From: Sphaerodactylus townsendi
Taxonomy: Eukaryota
DNA length: 64,000 bases
NCBI RefSeq assembly: GCF_021028975.2
Contig: NC_059428.1
Span: 138,508,001 to 138,572,000, forward strand
Reading direction: 5' to 3'
Of the stretch, positions 22,065-53,078 are shown piece after piece. Numbering within the stretch: the first letter of the stretch is position 1; every line of letters starts with the position of its first letter. A model generated the notes under the pieces. The model did no database searches and was not told the DNA's origin. It was given only the letters and a program-made list of their open reading frames with translations. The position numbers and the translations under genes are program-made.

Positions 22065-25000
22065 ACCACTACCACCTTTATTAGGCGTATAAAATAGGCT
22101 CCAGAGCGTTACCAGACATTTGTGAAGTACAAATCAAGAATACATTCAAAACAAAGACAGAGAAGCTGTATCTAGCATTGGACGTTACTTAGAAAGTTCT
22201 GTCACTTGCAAAAGAAATTTTGCTACTTTTTCCAAGATCACGACATCTGTATTATTTAACAGAAGCTCCACAACAGAACTGTCAGAGTCTCTTTCAGATT
22301 TGTCTAGGATGAACCAAGGAGAGAAATTCCTAATGCCCACATATCTCGGACAGTCGTGTATAATGTGAGCAAGAATCTCCACTTGGTTTTTACAGTGTGG
22401 ACAAACCCGATCCTGGAGAGGGATAGATAATGGCCCTTTGTAATGGCCGATGGGAAAGTATTGGATTTGGCCCTTGTGATAATCCATCTCTGTTGGGGTT
22501 CATTTAATAGTTTAAGATATTTGGCTATGTGCCCCTGTTCCAGTGCTATTCCAAGAGAAAGGGGTGAGCATGATTTATTTGCTTGCCCCAACAAGATATG
22601 GTATTCCTGTTCTAAAAGCCCTTTAGGGGGAGGGAGCCCTTAGGGGGAGGGCGGTTTATAAACCGAATATATAAATAAATAAATAAATAAATAAATATAA
22701 ATAAATAAATAAATTTTAAAAAGTCTGCTTTTTAAGGTTTGGAGAATCTCTCTGGGTGACAGCACACAGAGATCTTCAAGTATTAAACCTAGAGAGGAAA
22801 TTTTTGATTTAAGAAGTTGATACCATTCAGTGGCAAATAGGTCTGGACGCATAATGTATGTTAAACTGCGACCATCAGAGTTAAAACATAATTTGATCCA
22901 ACACTTGAATGTATTCAGCCATGCTCTTGTTCCAAGTAGGTTCTGACCAGTTTCTAAGCATAGTACAGTGTATGGTACAGAGTGTGGTACCCCAAGTATT
23001 TTGTAGAGGAAGCCAGATTGTATTCTTTCAACTGAGTTGTTCTATGCAGTTATCCATAAGGGAACTCCATAGAGAAGTTGCTGAACTACTTGGAGTTGAA
23101 AACCTTTAGAACTGCTGGGACATATCCCCTTCTCTTGGAATGAAAAAAACTTACCACTGCTGAAGCAGTGTGATAGCTTCCTTTTATAGCAATGTCTCTG
23201 TGTCTGGCCCAAGTGGCTTTATGATGAAAGGTTAGGCCTAAATATTTAAAGGACTTGGAGTGTTTAACCTGAATCCTGTTAATAAGCCATCTGGAAGTCT
23301 TAAATACATTGGAAAAAATGACACTTTTTGATTTTTCTGGGTTTAAGGATAGAAAGTTAGATGTCCATAGTTTTTCTGAAAAACCTTTTAAGACCCACCT
23401 GGGACCTAGAGATCAGTATCACGTCATCAGCATAAAGTAGGAGTGGTATGGGTTTGTTTGAAAGAACTGGGCTGTGTGAGTTAACATCTGACAATACATG
23501 TACCAGATCATTAATAAATAAGTTAAACAAGGCTGGAGCCAATACACAGTCCTGCTTAACACCTTTCACAATGGGAATCTTTGGGGTTAGGTCTCCAGAG
23601 TTTGTGCATTTTATCTGGCAGGTTGTGTTTGAATAGAGAGATTTGATAAGTAATAATAAACTAACATCGATTCCCATCTCTGCTAGCTTAAGTCAAAGCA
23701 ACTCTCTGAATCAAAGGCACTTTTCAGGTCCAAAAAGGCAGCAAAGATCTTAGATCGTACCCTTTTTTGTATTTTAATAACAGGAGGTTGAGGATCATAC
23801 AGTGGTCAAGTGTAGAGCAGCCTTTTTAAAATCCTATTTGCTCAGGGTAAAGAATTTTTCCATCATTGATCCAGGTACAAAGCCTATTTAACAGATGTTT
23901 GACATAAAGTTTACTGGAGACAGATAAAAGACTAATGGGTCTGTAATTAGCCCTGTGATCACCCTTTTTGAATATTGGTGTTATTACTGCATTTACCCAA
24001 GACCCTAGGACCAAGACCTAAATTATCAACCACAGTAAACAGAGGCCAGAAGGGGGGCCCACCAGTCCAAAAATGCTTTATAAAAATCTGGGGGCATTAG
24101 ATCTGGCAACATAAACAAGGTCAGAGTGTGAAGGAAACCCTAGTAACACGAGCAAGTTCACACCCTAAAAATCTGAATGGTGCTATGTATTTTGAAGTAT
24201 CTAATATTTTTTACATTTAAACAGGACCCACAGGATGATAGTATAATAATATGAAAACATGTGATAGACTTGGAAATTGTTTTTATATATATGTATTTTC
24301 CTATTGCATCATAGGAATAACAACATAAACAGAAACTTGTTTGTACCAAAGTTGTACATACATATTGCTTCATAGAAGAGTTATATACAGGAAAATCATT
24401 TCATAATTAACAACAAGTGTCAGGTAACAAACAATATTTTAGTCACAATACAGCAATTTCAAGGTCTCATTCAAAGTTTTTTTTACTGTGGTGTAACACA
24501 CAGCTAAATTCCCATTCATAATACTTTTGTCCAAGTCAAAATAGGCACTTCATTCATAATAGGTAACAACTCTTTGTAGACTCAGTCCATTAATGAAATT
24601 GGCTCTCCAGCTGATGCTATCCAAGAAGTCGCTCATAGAAAGTCAATTCAAGGACAACCTTGTAAGGTAGGACATATATTGCAAGCAAGCATCAAACAGA
24701 ACGCATCGCACTTGATATTACGTTTTCGGCTTAAAAAAGCCTTCTTCAGTAAAATTGTTGTATACTTATTCTAGCCGTCTTAGGGATTCGTTCTACAATA
24801 ATTAGAACATATTTTTAAAGAATATATGTATACCATACTATAATTCATAAACACAAAATTAAAAATTTAAGATACCACACTTACTGTCTCTTTTTAGTAG
24901 TATGTATAAGAGCTCTTAACATCCCATGGCTTCTACCAATTTTGTTACTGTAAGACTGTTCTACCTACATTTTATCAGCAATGTAAACTAAATTGATTGC

Positions 25001-26545
25001 AGCTGCAACCTAAGCATTCCTCACAGGTGGCAGGAAAAATCCAAGGATTTATTAAGCCCTGTTTGGACAGTATTAAATCTGAAAATTAATTTATTTTCTG
25101 CTTGTAACAAACATGTTTCTTTGTCAATACGTGAGGAAAAATAAAATTTCTGAAACACACAAAATTGGATGTCTGTGTCTCGATGATTCATTCTATTGTA
25201 ATGATCCACTAATGGAGCCTCTTGTTTTTGAAGTCTTATGCAACTTCTATGCTCAGAAATTCTTAGCTTTAACGCTCTTGTGGTTTTCCCCACATATAAT
25301 TTAGGACAGGGACAAATGATTGCATATATGCAGTTAGAAGTGTTACAGTTTGAGAAGTGTTTAAATTTCCAATTTTCCTTGGTGTTAGGCACCAAAAACT
25401 GAATCTACAAAGAGTTGTTACCTATTATGAATGAAGTGCCTATTTTGACTTGGACAAAAGTATAATGAATGGGAATTTAGCTGTGTGTTACACCACAGTA
25501 AAAAAACTTTGAATGAGACCTTGAAATTGCTGTATTGTGACTAAAATATTGTTTGTTACCTGACACTTGTTAATTATGAAATGATTTTCCTGTAAATAAC
25601 TCTTCTATGAAGCAATAGGTTTGTACAACTTTGGTACAAAGAAATTTCTGTTTATGTTGTTATTCCTATGATGCAATAGGAAAATACATATATATAAAAA
25701 CAATTTCCAAGTCTAGCACATATTATACTATTATCCCGTGGGTCCTGTTTAAATGTAAAAAATATACTTCAAAATATATAGCACCATTCAGATCTTTAGG
25801 GTGTGAACTCGCTTGTGTTACTAGGCATTAGATCTGGGCCATGTGATTTGTGCAATTTCAGCTGATTTCTGAGACTGAGAGCCAAGGGGCTACTTGATTG
25901 AGTACTGTCAGGTCATTCTGTAAGGCTGACTTATTGTCTCCTTCAAACAGACTTTGAAAATATACAAACCAATTCTGGGGACTGATATTAGACATTAAGA
26001 AGGTTGAAGTGTGCATGGCTCCTGCAACTAATGACCAGAACTCTCTTGTATTGTTACTCCTTGTGGCTTGTATTAGAGCGTTCCATAGGGATTCAATGGT
26101 CTTTAGTTTGTTTTCATAAAGCAGTTGCATTAGCCGGGACCTGAGAGAAAAATATTCTCGAGGTAAGGTTGCTACTTTGCTACTTTTGAAGGTGTTGTAA
26201 ATTTTTCTGATCTGATTTTTTTTTCTTTACATTCCTCATTAAACTCCTTATTCAAAAATTTCTCAGGAGGAATATCACTGGGACATGAGTATCTTGCAAC
26301 TTTACCTGTAATTGTTTCCAAGAGTGCCTCATACTGTTCTAAAAATTGGGTTGGTGATGATTAAGTCTTGCCTGGCTTTAGTTAGCAGGGAAGAAGAAAG
26401 AAACTCTTTGAGTTTCCTTTCAGTGACCCTGTTCCAAATAATTATTGGGGCTCTGATTAAGCATAAGTTAAGAGAGCTAAAATTAAGAGCTGCCTTTTTC
26501 ATAAAAAGCACAAGTGGCATGTGATCGCTCCAAAACTGTGACTGG
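22065..26545 (-). mobile_element. Decayed non-LTR retrotransposon (LINE, clade uncertain): end of endonuclease, RT and C-terminal CCHC; interrupted by a Penelope element
   Basis: SDHMPL (APE end), KSHGPDLMP, ITPIFKKGD..NYRPISLL, GVKQDCVLAPALFNLFINDL, LLYADD, RVCPHC...HIIHDCPRY; multiple stops and frameshifts. Confidence 0.88.
24107..25823 (-). mobile_element. 5'-truncated Penelope-like element with GIY-YIG endonuclease C-terminus and inverted pseudo-LTR
   Basis: ORF 25021-25395 reads CNTSNCIYAIICPCPKLYVGKTTR.LK.RISEH...E...I....T...GLN. Inverted repeat about 24139-24585 / 25399-25825. 14-bp TSD GGCATTAGATCTGG at 24093-24106 and 25824-25837. Confidence 0.9.
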
Positions 26546-26854
26546 GCCATGCAACACAGTGGAGGCATGCCCATATGCATGCTTGAAGCTGCAACCACAG
26601 GCACCTTTACCTATACCAGCTCCACCTTAGAAAGACGGGCAAACATTTAGAACTGGATTTTAAAAAGCAGTCACTGGTTGCTGTGAATACAAAAGTCAGT
26701 GGCAAACAAAAGCAAATGAGGTCAACCGGTAGCCATGCTGGTTTGTACTTTCTCCCTTGTTTTCTCTCCTTCAGCCCCATGGGAGAAGCATGCCAGCCAG
26801 CCAGCCAGTAACCCCCACCCCGAGTTTCCCCATGGAGGCTTCTTAGGGCAGGAC

Positions 26855-26952
26855 CAGTGGTGGGATTCAGCAGGTTCGCACCACTCCGGCAGAACCAGTT
26901 GTTAAAATGGTGCTTGTAAACAACCGGTTGTTAAATTATTTGAATGCCACCA
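26855..26952. mobile_element. About 100-bp MITE (second copy at about 60657-60741)
   Basis: Ends CAGTGGTGGGATTCA / TGAATGCCACCA; internal GTTGTTAAAATGGTGCTTGTAAACAAC shared by both copies. Confidence 0.7.
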
Positions 26953-27220
26953 AAGGGCAGGAAACCCCCCCCCCCCCCCCCCCGCTCAGTCCTAAGGCGA
27001 GCCTGAGTCTGCGAACAAATGCCAGGCTGTGGCAACGGGACGGGACGAACCACTCTGCCTTCACAACCTTCTTGCAAAGTAGGTACAACCAGCAGAGCGA
27101 ACCCTTTGGGCACGGAGACACACTGCCCGAAGCAAAGGCGCATGCGCCCCCAAGCTCCGCCCTCCCGCGCCTCTCTAGCCGTCTGCGCTGACTCGATGGT
27201 GGCGCAGCGGAGGGAGCGGG

Positions 27221-46485
<19,265 letters not shown>

Positions 46486-47587
46486 GAAAGATCTGCAACT
46501 TTGGAGCTCACTGTAGGACCCGGGTGTGTGTGTGTGTCCCGGTGACTGGACTCAGAGCCTCGCTCTGTTGCTGCCGCCCCCCAACAATGCTTTGTTTTGT
46601 GGGAGTTGGATTCCTGGCCCTCTTAACTGGGGAGCCAAAGGGGAAGGGGCCGCCCACTCTTGCCATGGCGGGGGGCTGGTGTTGTGCCAAACGAGGAGCT
46701 GGCTCTGCCCTCTGCACTGGGCTGGGGCCACTAGTTTTGCTGAGAGGCCTGTCCTTGGTCAGTGGAAGAGACAGTGTCAGGAATGAAACCATGTCAGGTG
46801 AATGTGATTGTTCCACTCAAAAAATATTCCAGCAAAAGCCTCCGTGTCTGCATTTTATAAGTATTGAAAATAGTTAACACTAATGAAGCCTCAATGGGGA
46901 GGGGCCTGCTGGTCTCTCCCCCAGCCCCCTTGTGCCAGGAAGCATCTTGGGACCCCTAAGAAGCAGATCCAGTCATGTGCTGGGAGGGGGGAGCACTGCT
47001 GGGGGGCCTGCCTGCAGCTCTGGGTGGGTCGTGTGCCTCTCCAGAGGTTATGGAGATCCAGATTTACTTCACGCTCCTAGGCCAGGGGTTGCTGAACAAG
47101 GTCCCAAAATGACTGCTGCAGAAGGTGGGGCCAAAGGCACACACTCCCTTCTCACAAGGTGACAGTTGGCCAAGACTGCATGGAAACCCCGTTGTTTGGA
47201 AGGAGGGCAGCCACGTACCCACCAGGTCTCTTTCTGGAGAAGCACTGCAGAGCTCCGCCCCACTGGGCTTCCTCCCTGAACCTGAGCTCTGGTCAGAGGC
47301 CTCCCAGTGTCCCCGAGAAGCAGGCAGAAGGCAACTCTTCCCTGGGAGCATCGGCAGGAAATCTGCCAGGTAGCACAAAGTACAGCTGGCCAGGGCCAGA
47401 GTTTGCTGGGTCCCTCACAGGTGCCTCCTGCCCTCCCCTGAAAATGCTGTAGCTCCAGGTCACCAGCGTCAGTCCAGTCAGTCAAGGAAGGCACCATAGC
47501 GGGGAAAGAAGTTTATTCTTACAAAAAACAACCCTCAACCCAAACAGAGCACCATGCAGTTTCCCTGTGCAGCCAGCCCCTGGGGGA

Positions 47588-48991
47588 TCAGTGGACCCAG
47601 AGCCCTTCCTCGCACGCTGCACTTCCAGGTCCTGCTGCCCCCAGCGCTTCTACTGCCTGCCCCAGGGCTTGCTCGGCTGCCTTGTCAGCCACGCTCACAC
47701 ACCTGTTGCCACGGAGGTAGAAACGCAGGGGCTTGTGGGCCCAGTCGCCACTGATGCCGATGCGGGTGCTGCAGACGAGGGCATCGTCCATGAGGACCTG
47801 CGGGCCAGGCTCCACCCACACGCATGGGGCACTAGCCAGGTTGTCCTGGTCGAAGCCCTTGTCGATGGCCAGAGCCTGGCACAGCTTGGCGGGCCCGTTG
47901 CAGAGCTGCCAGTCCTTGGGGGGCTTGCTGAGGCCTTTGCGCTGGCGCTGCCGCAGCTGCCTCATAACCTCCAGGCCTTGGAGGGGCTCCAAGGAGCGCA
48001 GGAGAACGGCCGCCCCCTCTCCTAACAAAGTGAAGTGAGGGTCAGCCCAGGGCTGCATGTGGACCCTCCCTCACTGCCATTGCTGTGGCAGAAGGCCCAG
48101 CCTCCCCCCACCCAAACCCGGAAGGTTCCCTTCACGACCCCCTCTTGGGGGCTGCAGTCTCCATGTTAGGAACCCAAGCAAGACCTTCTGCTCACCGTCA
48201 CTGGAGATATTCATGCAGAAGTAGATGCCGTAGATCTGGTACACGTAGAGGGTGCCTGGCTTCATGAACATGCCGGCGTTCCGGGCTGTCCGCCTCCCGC
48301 CCCGGGAGTGAGAAGCGGTGTCATCGCCCCCCAGGTATGCCTCGGTCTCCACAATGCGCCCCCGGAGCTCTCTTCCATCGGGGAGCCTCCGCACCAACAC
48401 CTGAAAAGCAGAGCCAAGAAGGGCTGTGGCCAGAGTGGCAAATCCTCCCGACCCAGGTAGGGAGGCTCAGTTCCAGGTGGGGATGAAGAGCTCCTTGATA
48501 CCTGCTTAGGAGGGCATCGTGTCCCTGCCCCCACATCTCCTGGGCTGGCCTCACCTGGAACTGACAGCCCCCCATCGCAAGGAGGGTAGCCGAGCCCCTG
48601 GTGAGGCCAGGAGGCCTCCTGCTAATGCAGCGGCTTGCCTTGGTGAGATGGCTCACACCCTATGGATCCTATTTGGATGGGAGGCCTCCAAGGGCGGGAG
48701 GCGGAGCAACGGAAGACCTCCTTCGACGTCTTTTGCTTTGAAAACGCGACTGGGTCGCCGTAAGTCGGCTGTGTCTTGAGGACTAAAAAGGGGGGAAATA
48801 TGGAGGGTGAAATCGATGAGCCCCTATAGAGCGCGCGAGAAACGGGAGTTCCTAGAGTAACTGTGCGGCACCTCCCACCCCCCGGTGGGCCCACTCGCCT
48901 GTCCGAGCAGGGCCTTGGCGAGGCTGACGCAGGGCCGGCCGAAGAAGTCGTCGCCCAGGCGGCGCCCCGAGAGCTGCAGATGCCCGGCCAT
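47588..48991 (-). CDS. MPG: DNA-3-methyladenine glycosylase (start codon uncertain)
   Basis: Exons 48899-48991 (first in-frame ATG; GC donor), 48196-48400 (205 bp), 47588-48021. Motifs [62 protein letters not shown] at 47512-47517 (minus). Confidence 0.93.
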
Positions 48992-49450
48992 GAGAGCCGC
49001 AGACAGCCGTCCTGGCACCGCCCCCTCTCCGGAAGCCCCCCCACCCACGGGAGGGGGGGTCAGCTTCCGCCGGTGGGCGCACGGGCGGCCGGGGGTGGCG
49101 GAGGCCGCCGAGCGCGTGGGGTCCCGCCTCTCCTCCCCTGGCGACAGACCCGGCAAACAACAACTGCGGCAGGCGGCGCCCCGCTCCCCGACACGTGTCG
49201 GCCCGGTCTCCAGGCAGGACCCGCGCGCAGCCTTTCTGCGGCCGCTACGCGTTCACGTGTCCATTGACCCGGCCAGACCCCTCCTGCCCTGAAGGGCCCG
49301 CCAGAGGTCGACGGGGGCACCGGCGGTGACCTAAGGAGCTGGGGAGGGGATCGCACGGGCAGCTTTGCCGAGAGCAGCTGGGAAGCCCCCCTCCCCCCAT
49401 GGAAAAATGGGAATGGTGGGAAATCGCGCTAAACGTGGCCTGTGAAATAT
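48700..49450 (-). promoter_or_regulatory. CpG-island promoter of MPG
   Basis: CpG-rich region; two CACGTG E-boxes at 49192-49197 and 49254-49259. Confidence 0.65.
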
Positions 49451-51763
49451 TTTATTATCTGTAATGAGTCAGATTTTTAAAACTTTTTTTCTTCACTTCC
49501 ATTTAGACACAATTTCCCCCGCCCCAAAGATGCTAATGTAAGCTCTAACTGTGGGTTCTGTGGGGCAGAACTTGGAAGGAGTTGCAACAACTAAATTTAA
49601 AACAAAATGGTTTATTTTTCTTAACAAATAACACTTATTAAACATTAACATTTAACATTAACACTTCACAGTCCTGTTGACTGGCATTGCAAGTCCTTCC
49701 ACTTACAGTCTTGTAATGCCGAGTCCAATTCTTCCTGCTGGTGGTTGGCTTATGAAGACTTCAGAGGCTTGGTGAACTGGATTCAAAATGACAAAGGTCC
49801 CCAAAAGAGCTCCCATCAACTATATACACAGAAAGCCCTGAAACAATAAATTCTAACATTTACAATACAGCAAAAATAAACAACTCCCTTCCCACTAGTT
49901 CTCAACAACTTTGCAGTTACCTTAAACAAGGTGTTAAGAGCTTATAGAGAAATAAATCAAGGTCCCAGCCTGGTAGCCTTGATTCCTCCAACTTCATGAG
50001 TTTCTGCAGTCTCCTCCTGCCCTGGTCTCTCAGACCAAACCACTACCCCGCCCAGGCTCTCTGTACTACAGCTGTGGAGTGGCTCCATAAAATATAAAGT
50101 CCACCTGTCACTGCAAAGAAAACAGTGTTCTAATGTGTTTATTTTTATTTGTATACCGCTCTCTCCACAAGTGCTCTGAACGTCTCACAGCAATAAACAG
50201 TACATAAAATCTGTTTAATAAACGCGTAAATAGTTAAAGCACTTACAGAATAAAAACAGTCAAACGGTTATAATAATTAAAACTTAATCCGACCTAATTA
50301 AAATGCATTTAAATAAAAATCGAATAAAAACTCATTTCAGATCAAAGTTAAAATAAGGCTGGCAACAGATGCTATTAAAGCAGAGAGGGAATTAAGATTT
50401 GGGCAAGCAACACATCCAATTACGAATAGAGTTACACTTCAATTTCAGCATCTAGTTTTAACCAAAATGGCAAGAATATAAATGCAGAAAAGAAAACACG
50501 GACTGTGGGTGTTCCTACACAGTTACACTTTCTGTGTAAAGGTAATGAGGTTTGATTAGTTCTTAAAGTGTTCCTTTAGAGGGGCTACTTATGAAATGAA
50601 CTTTTACATGCATGCAAATCTTCAGTGAATAAGAATTGAACAGTCTCTCCCTGATAATCTGTCAACTGCATTCTGAAAGCCCCAGAGACAAAAATAGGCG
50701 CAGGGCTACCTATTGGCCTAAACTGTGAAGAAAAGATTCAGCATGTCCAGATTCCCCCCTCCCCCCAACCACTGCCTGACCTCAGGGAAGTTTCCTTTTC
50801 TCCATCATGAAGCACCAAAAAATTTAAAGTCAAGGTGGGTGTTCTTGTCCTACTGTTGTCATTTATGTTGGTATCAGACTATTCCATTGGCAAAACCAGA
50901 GGGTGGATGGCAGTATGGGTGTGGCCTGCTATTCTTTTTAGCTGAGGGGTTACCCATCTCCCATCTCCCTTGGTTTGCAGCAGGACCCCTGTGAAGAGGC
51001 CAGGCACCTTTTTTCAACACTGGACTGTGTCCTTGGCCACACGCTGTGCAGTCCAAGGGCTGGAATGATCTCACTGGCTGCTTCCTTCCTATTAGCAGAG
51101 GAAGTGTTATGTGGCTTCCTGCCTCCGTGATTGAAGTGTGCAGATGTACTGGAGGGGAGGGAGGGGGCTGCCTTTGCTTCAGTCGCAGTCCCAGCTCCCC
51201 AGACGTGCCTGGCTTGCTACCCTTGGATGTGTGCCAGGGTGGACACGCCTGCCTCTGTCAAGAGCAGCTGGCAGGTCTGTTTGTGAGCAGGCCCCAGAGA
51301 GCAGGGTGTGGTTGTGCTGTGGCTGAGCAACACTCCTTCCTGGCATCCCAGCTGGAACCCGGAAAGGAATCTTGAAAGCCTGAACATATCCAGATGCAGA
51401 AGAGCAAAGTGCAAAGCTGCCTCCAGATCAGCTATTCGGATAGAGCCACCGCGCTGGTCTGAAGGCCCAGATGCGGCACACTGTCACGTGCCAACTGCCA
51501 ACTGTATGCATAGAGCTCACCTGCTGCAGCTCTTAGTGGACATGCGGAACGTGGCTTGGATTTGTCCCACAGGCATGCTGATCACACCCGATTTAGACAT
51601 CCACAAAGCAACCTCTGCAAGCAGGCTGGAAACTCTTAAGCCTAGTATAAGATGGCTGACAACCACTACAGAGGTCGCATCCCACTCGTCTCCCAGCAAC
51701 TAAATTGGGGGCTTCTCTGCTTGCAGGCTCAGTTGAAAGTACTGGACGGTAACCATGTTTAGC

Positions 51764-51936
51764 GTGTTGTGGGTTTTCTGGGTTGTATGGCTGTAGCATT
51801 TTATCCTGATGTTTCAATGCATTCCAGCCACAGATGCAGGCGAAACATCAGGAGAAAGTGCTACTGGAACACGGCCATACAACCCAGAAAACCCACAACA
51901 CGCTACTGATTCCAGCTGTGAAAGCCTTTGACAATA
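51764..51936. mobile_element. Penelope-derived fold-back repeat
   Basis: Same family; inverted arms. Confidence 0.7.
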
Positions 51937-52549
51937 CAGGTAAACATGTTTCTTTTTTGCTGTCACAGCTGAGTTATAACTAGGGTTTTTGAGGCAAGAG
52001 ACACTTGGAGACGGTTTGCCATTGCCTGGCTGTCTCTCGCAAACCTGGTATTGTGTTGCCAAATGCTTTTGCCCCTGGTATTCTTCCAAATACTTGCAAA
52101 ACAGGGTCAGGGCAGAGAGGGAGTGAGTCGCAAGGTCGCCCAGCAGGCTTCCATGGCACGAGCGGGGATCTGAATCTGGGCTTTCTAAGTCCAAGACTCT
52201 CTCCTCACACAACCTACAAAGCCCTAAACCGTTTGAGGACTTCTTGCCCACCCTTCAAGATCTTGACTGGAGACCTTGTTCAGCCTCCCTCCTTCTTGGA
52301 GGCAGGGCAGAGGGCAGGAAAGAGCAGGCTGCGCTCAGGTGTGGCACAGAAGCAGGGCAGCACCTGCCCTTGGAGGCTGGCATGAGGTCTTTGTGGTGCC
52401 ACTGATCCCCAGCAACAATGCGACCAGTGTGAATGGAAGACTCAAGTAGAAAGAACAAAGAAGAAACGTAACACGCTTATGCTGCCCAGTGGCTTAATTA
52501 TTTTAACAAATGCATACACTTAATATCAATATTCCATATTATCCCTATA

Positions 52550-53078
52550 ATATGGGACTTCTGTACTTGCGGGATCATCTTACCCCATATGTCCTGAATC
52601 GGTCTCTGCGTTCAGCAGAGGCCAATTTACTGGTGATCCCTGGCCCCTCAATGATGCGGCTAGCCTCCATCCGGGCCAGGGCCTTTACAGCTCTGGCCCC
52701 GGCCTGGTGGAACGCTCTCCCTCCAGCTGTCAGGGCCCTGCGGGATCTCAATGAGTTCCGCAGGGCCTGTAAGACTGAGCTGTTCCGCCGGGCCTTTGGG
52801 GAGGCTGGCCGCTGATGCCCCCCCTCCTTTTATAACATCAGTGGATCCTGCTGTCCCCCCTCCCTCTCTCTTTTTTAGGGGACTTGATTGTAGGTGCCAT
52901 CTGTTATGCTGATTTAGTGTGCTGCGTTTTAATGGAGTGGGGCTTATTTTATATAGAGCCAAATTAATTAATATTTAACTGATTTTTGTCTTGATTTTAT
53001 TGTGCTCTATTTATGTCTGTTGTTCACCGCCCTGAGCCCTCCGAGGGAGGGCGGTATATAAATATAATAAATAAATAA
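52550..53078 (+). mobile_element. L2 LINE 3' end
   Basis: YLRDHLTPY...RSLRS...RAF...AP.WWNALP..VR...F...KT.LF; 3' CCGCCCTGAGCCC...GGGCGGTATATAAAT followed by (AAAT)n. Confidence 0.85.

Noticed and set aside
49560-50090. Possible solo LTRs here and at about 56200-56550
   Set aside because: Only compositional hints (AATAAA, TG/CA-like ends); boundaries and TSDs could not be established.
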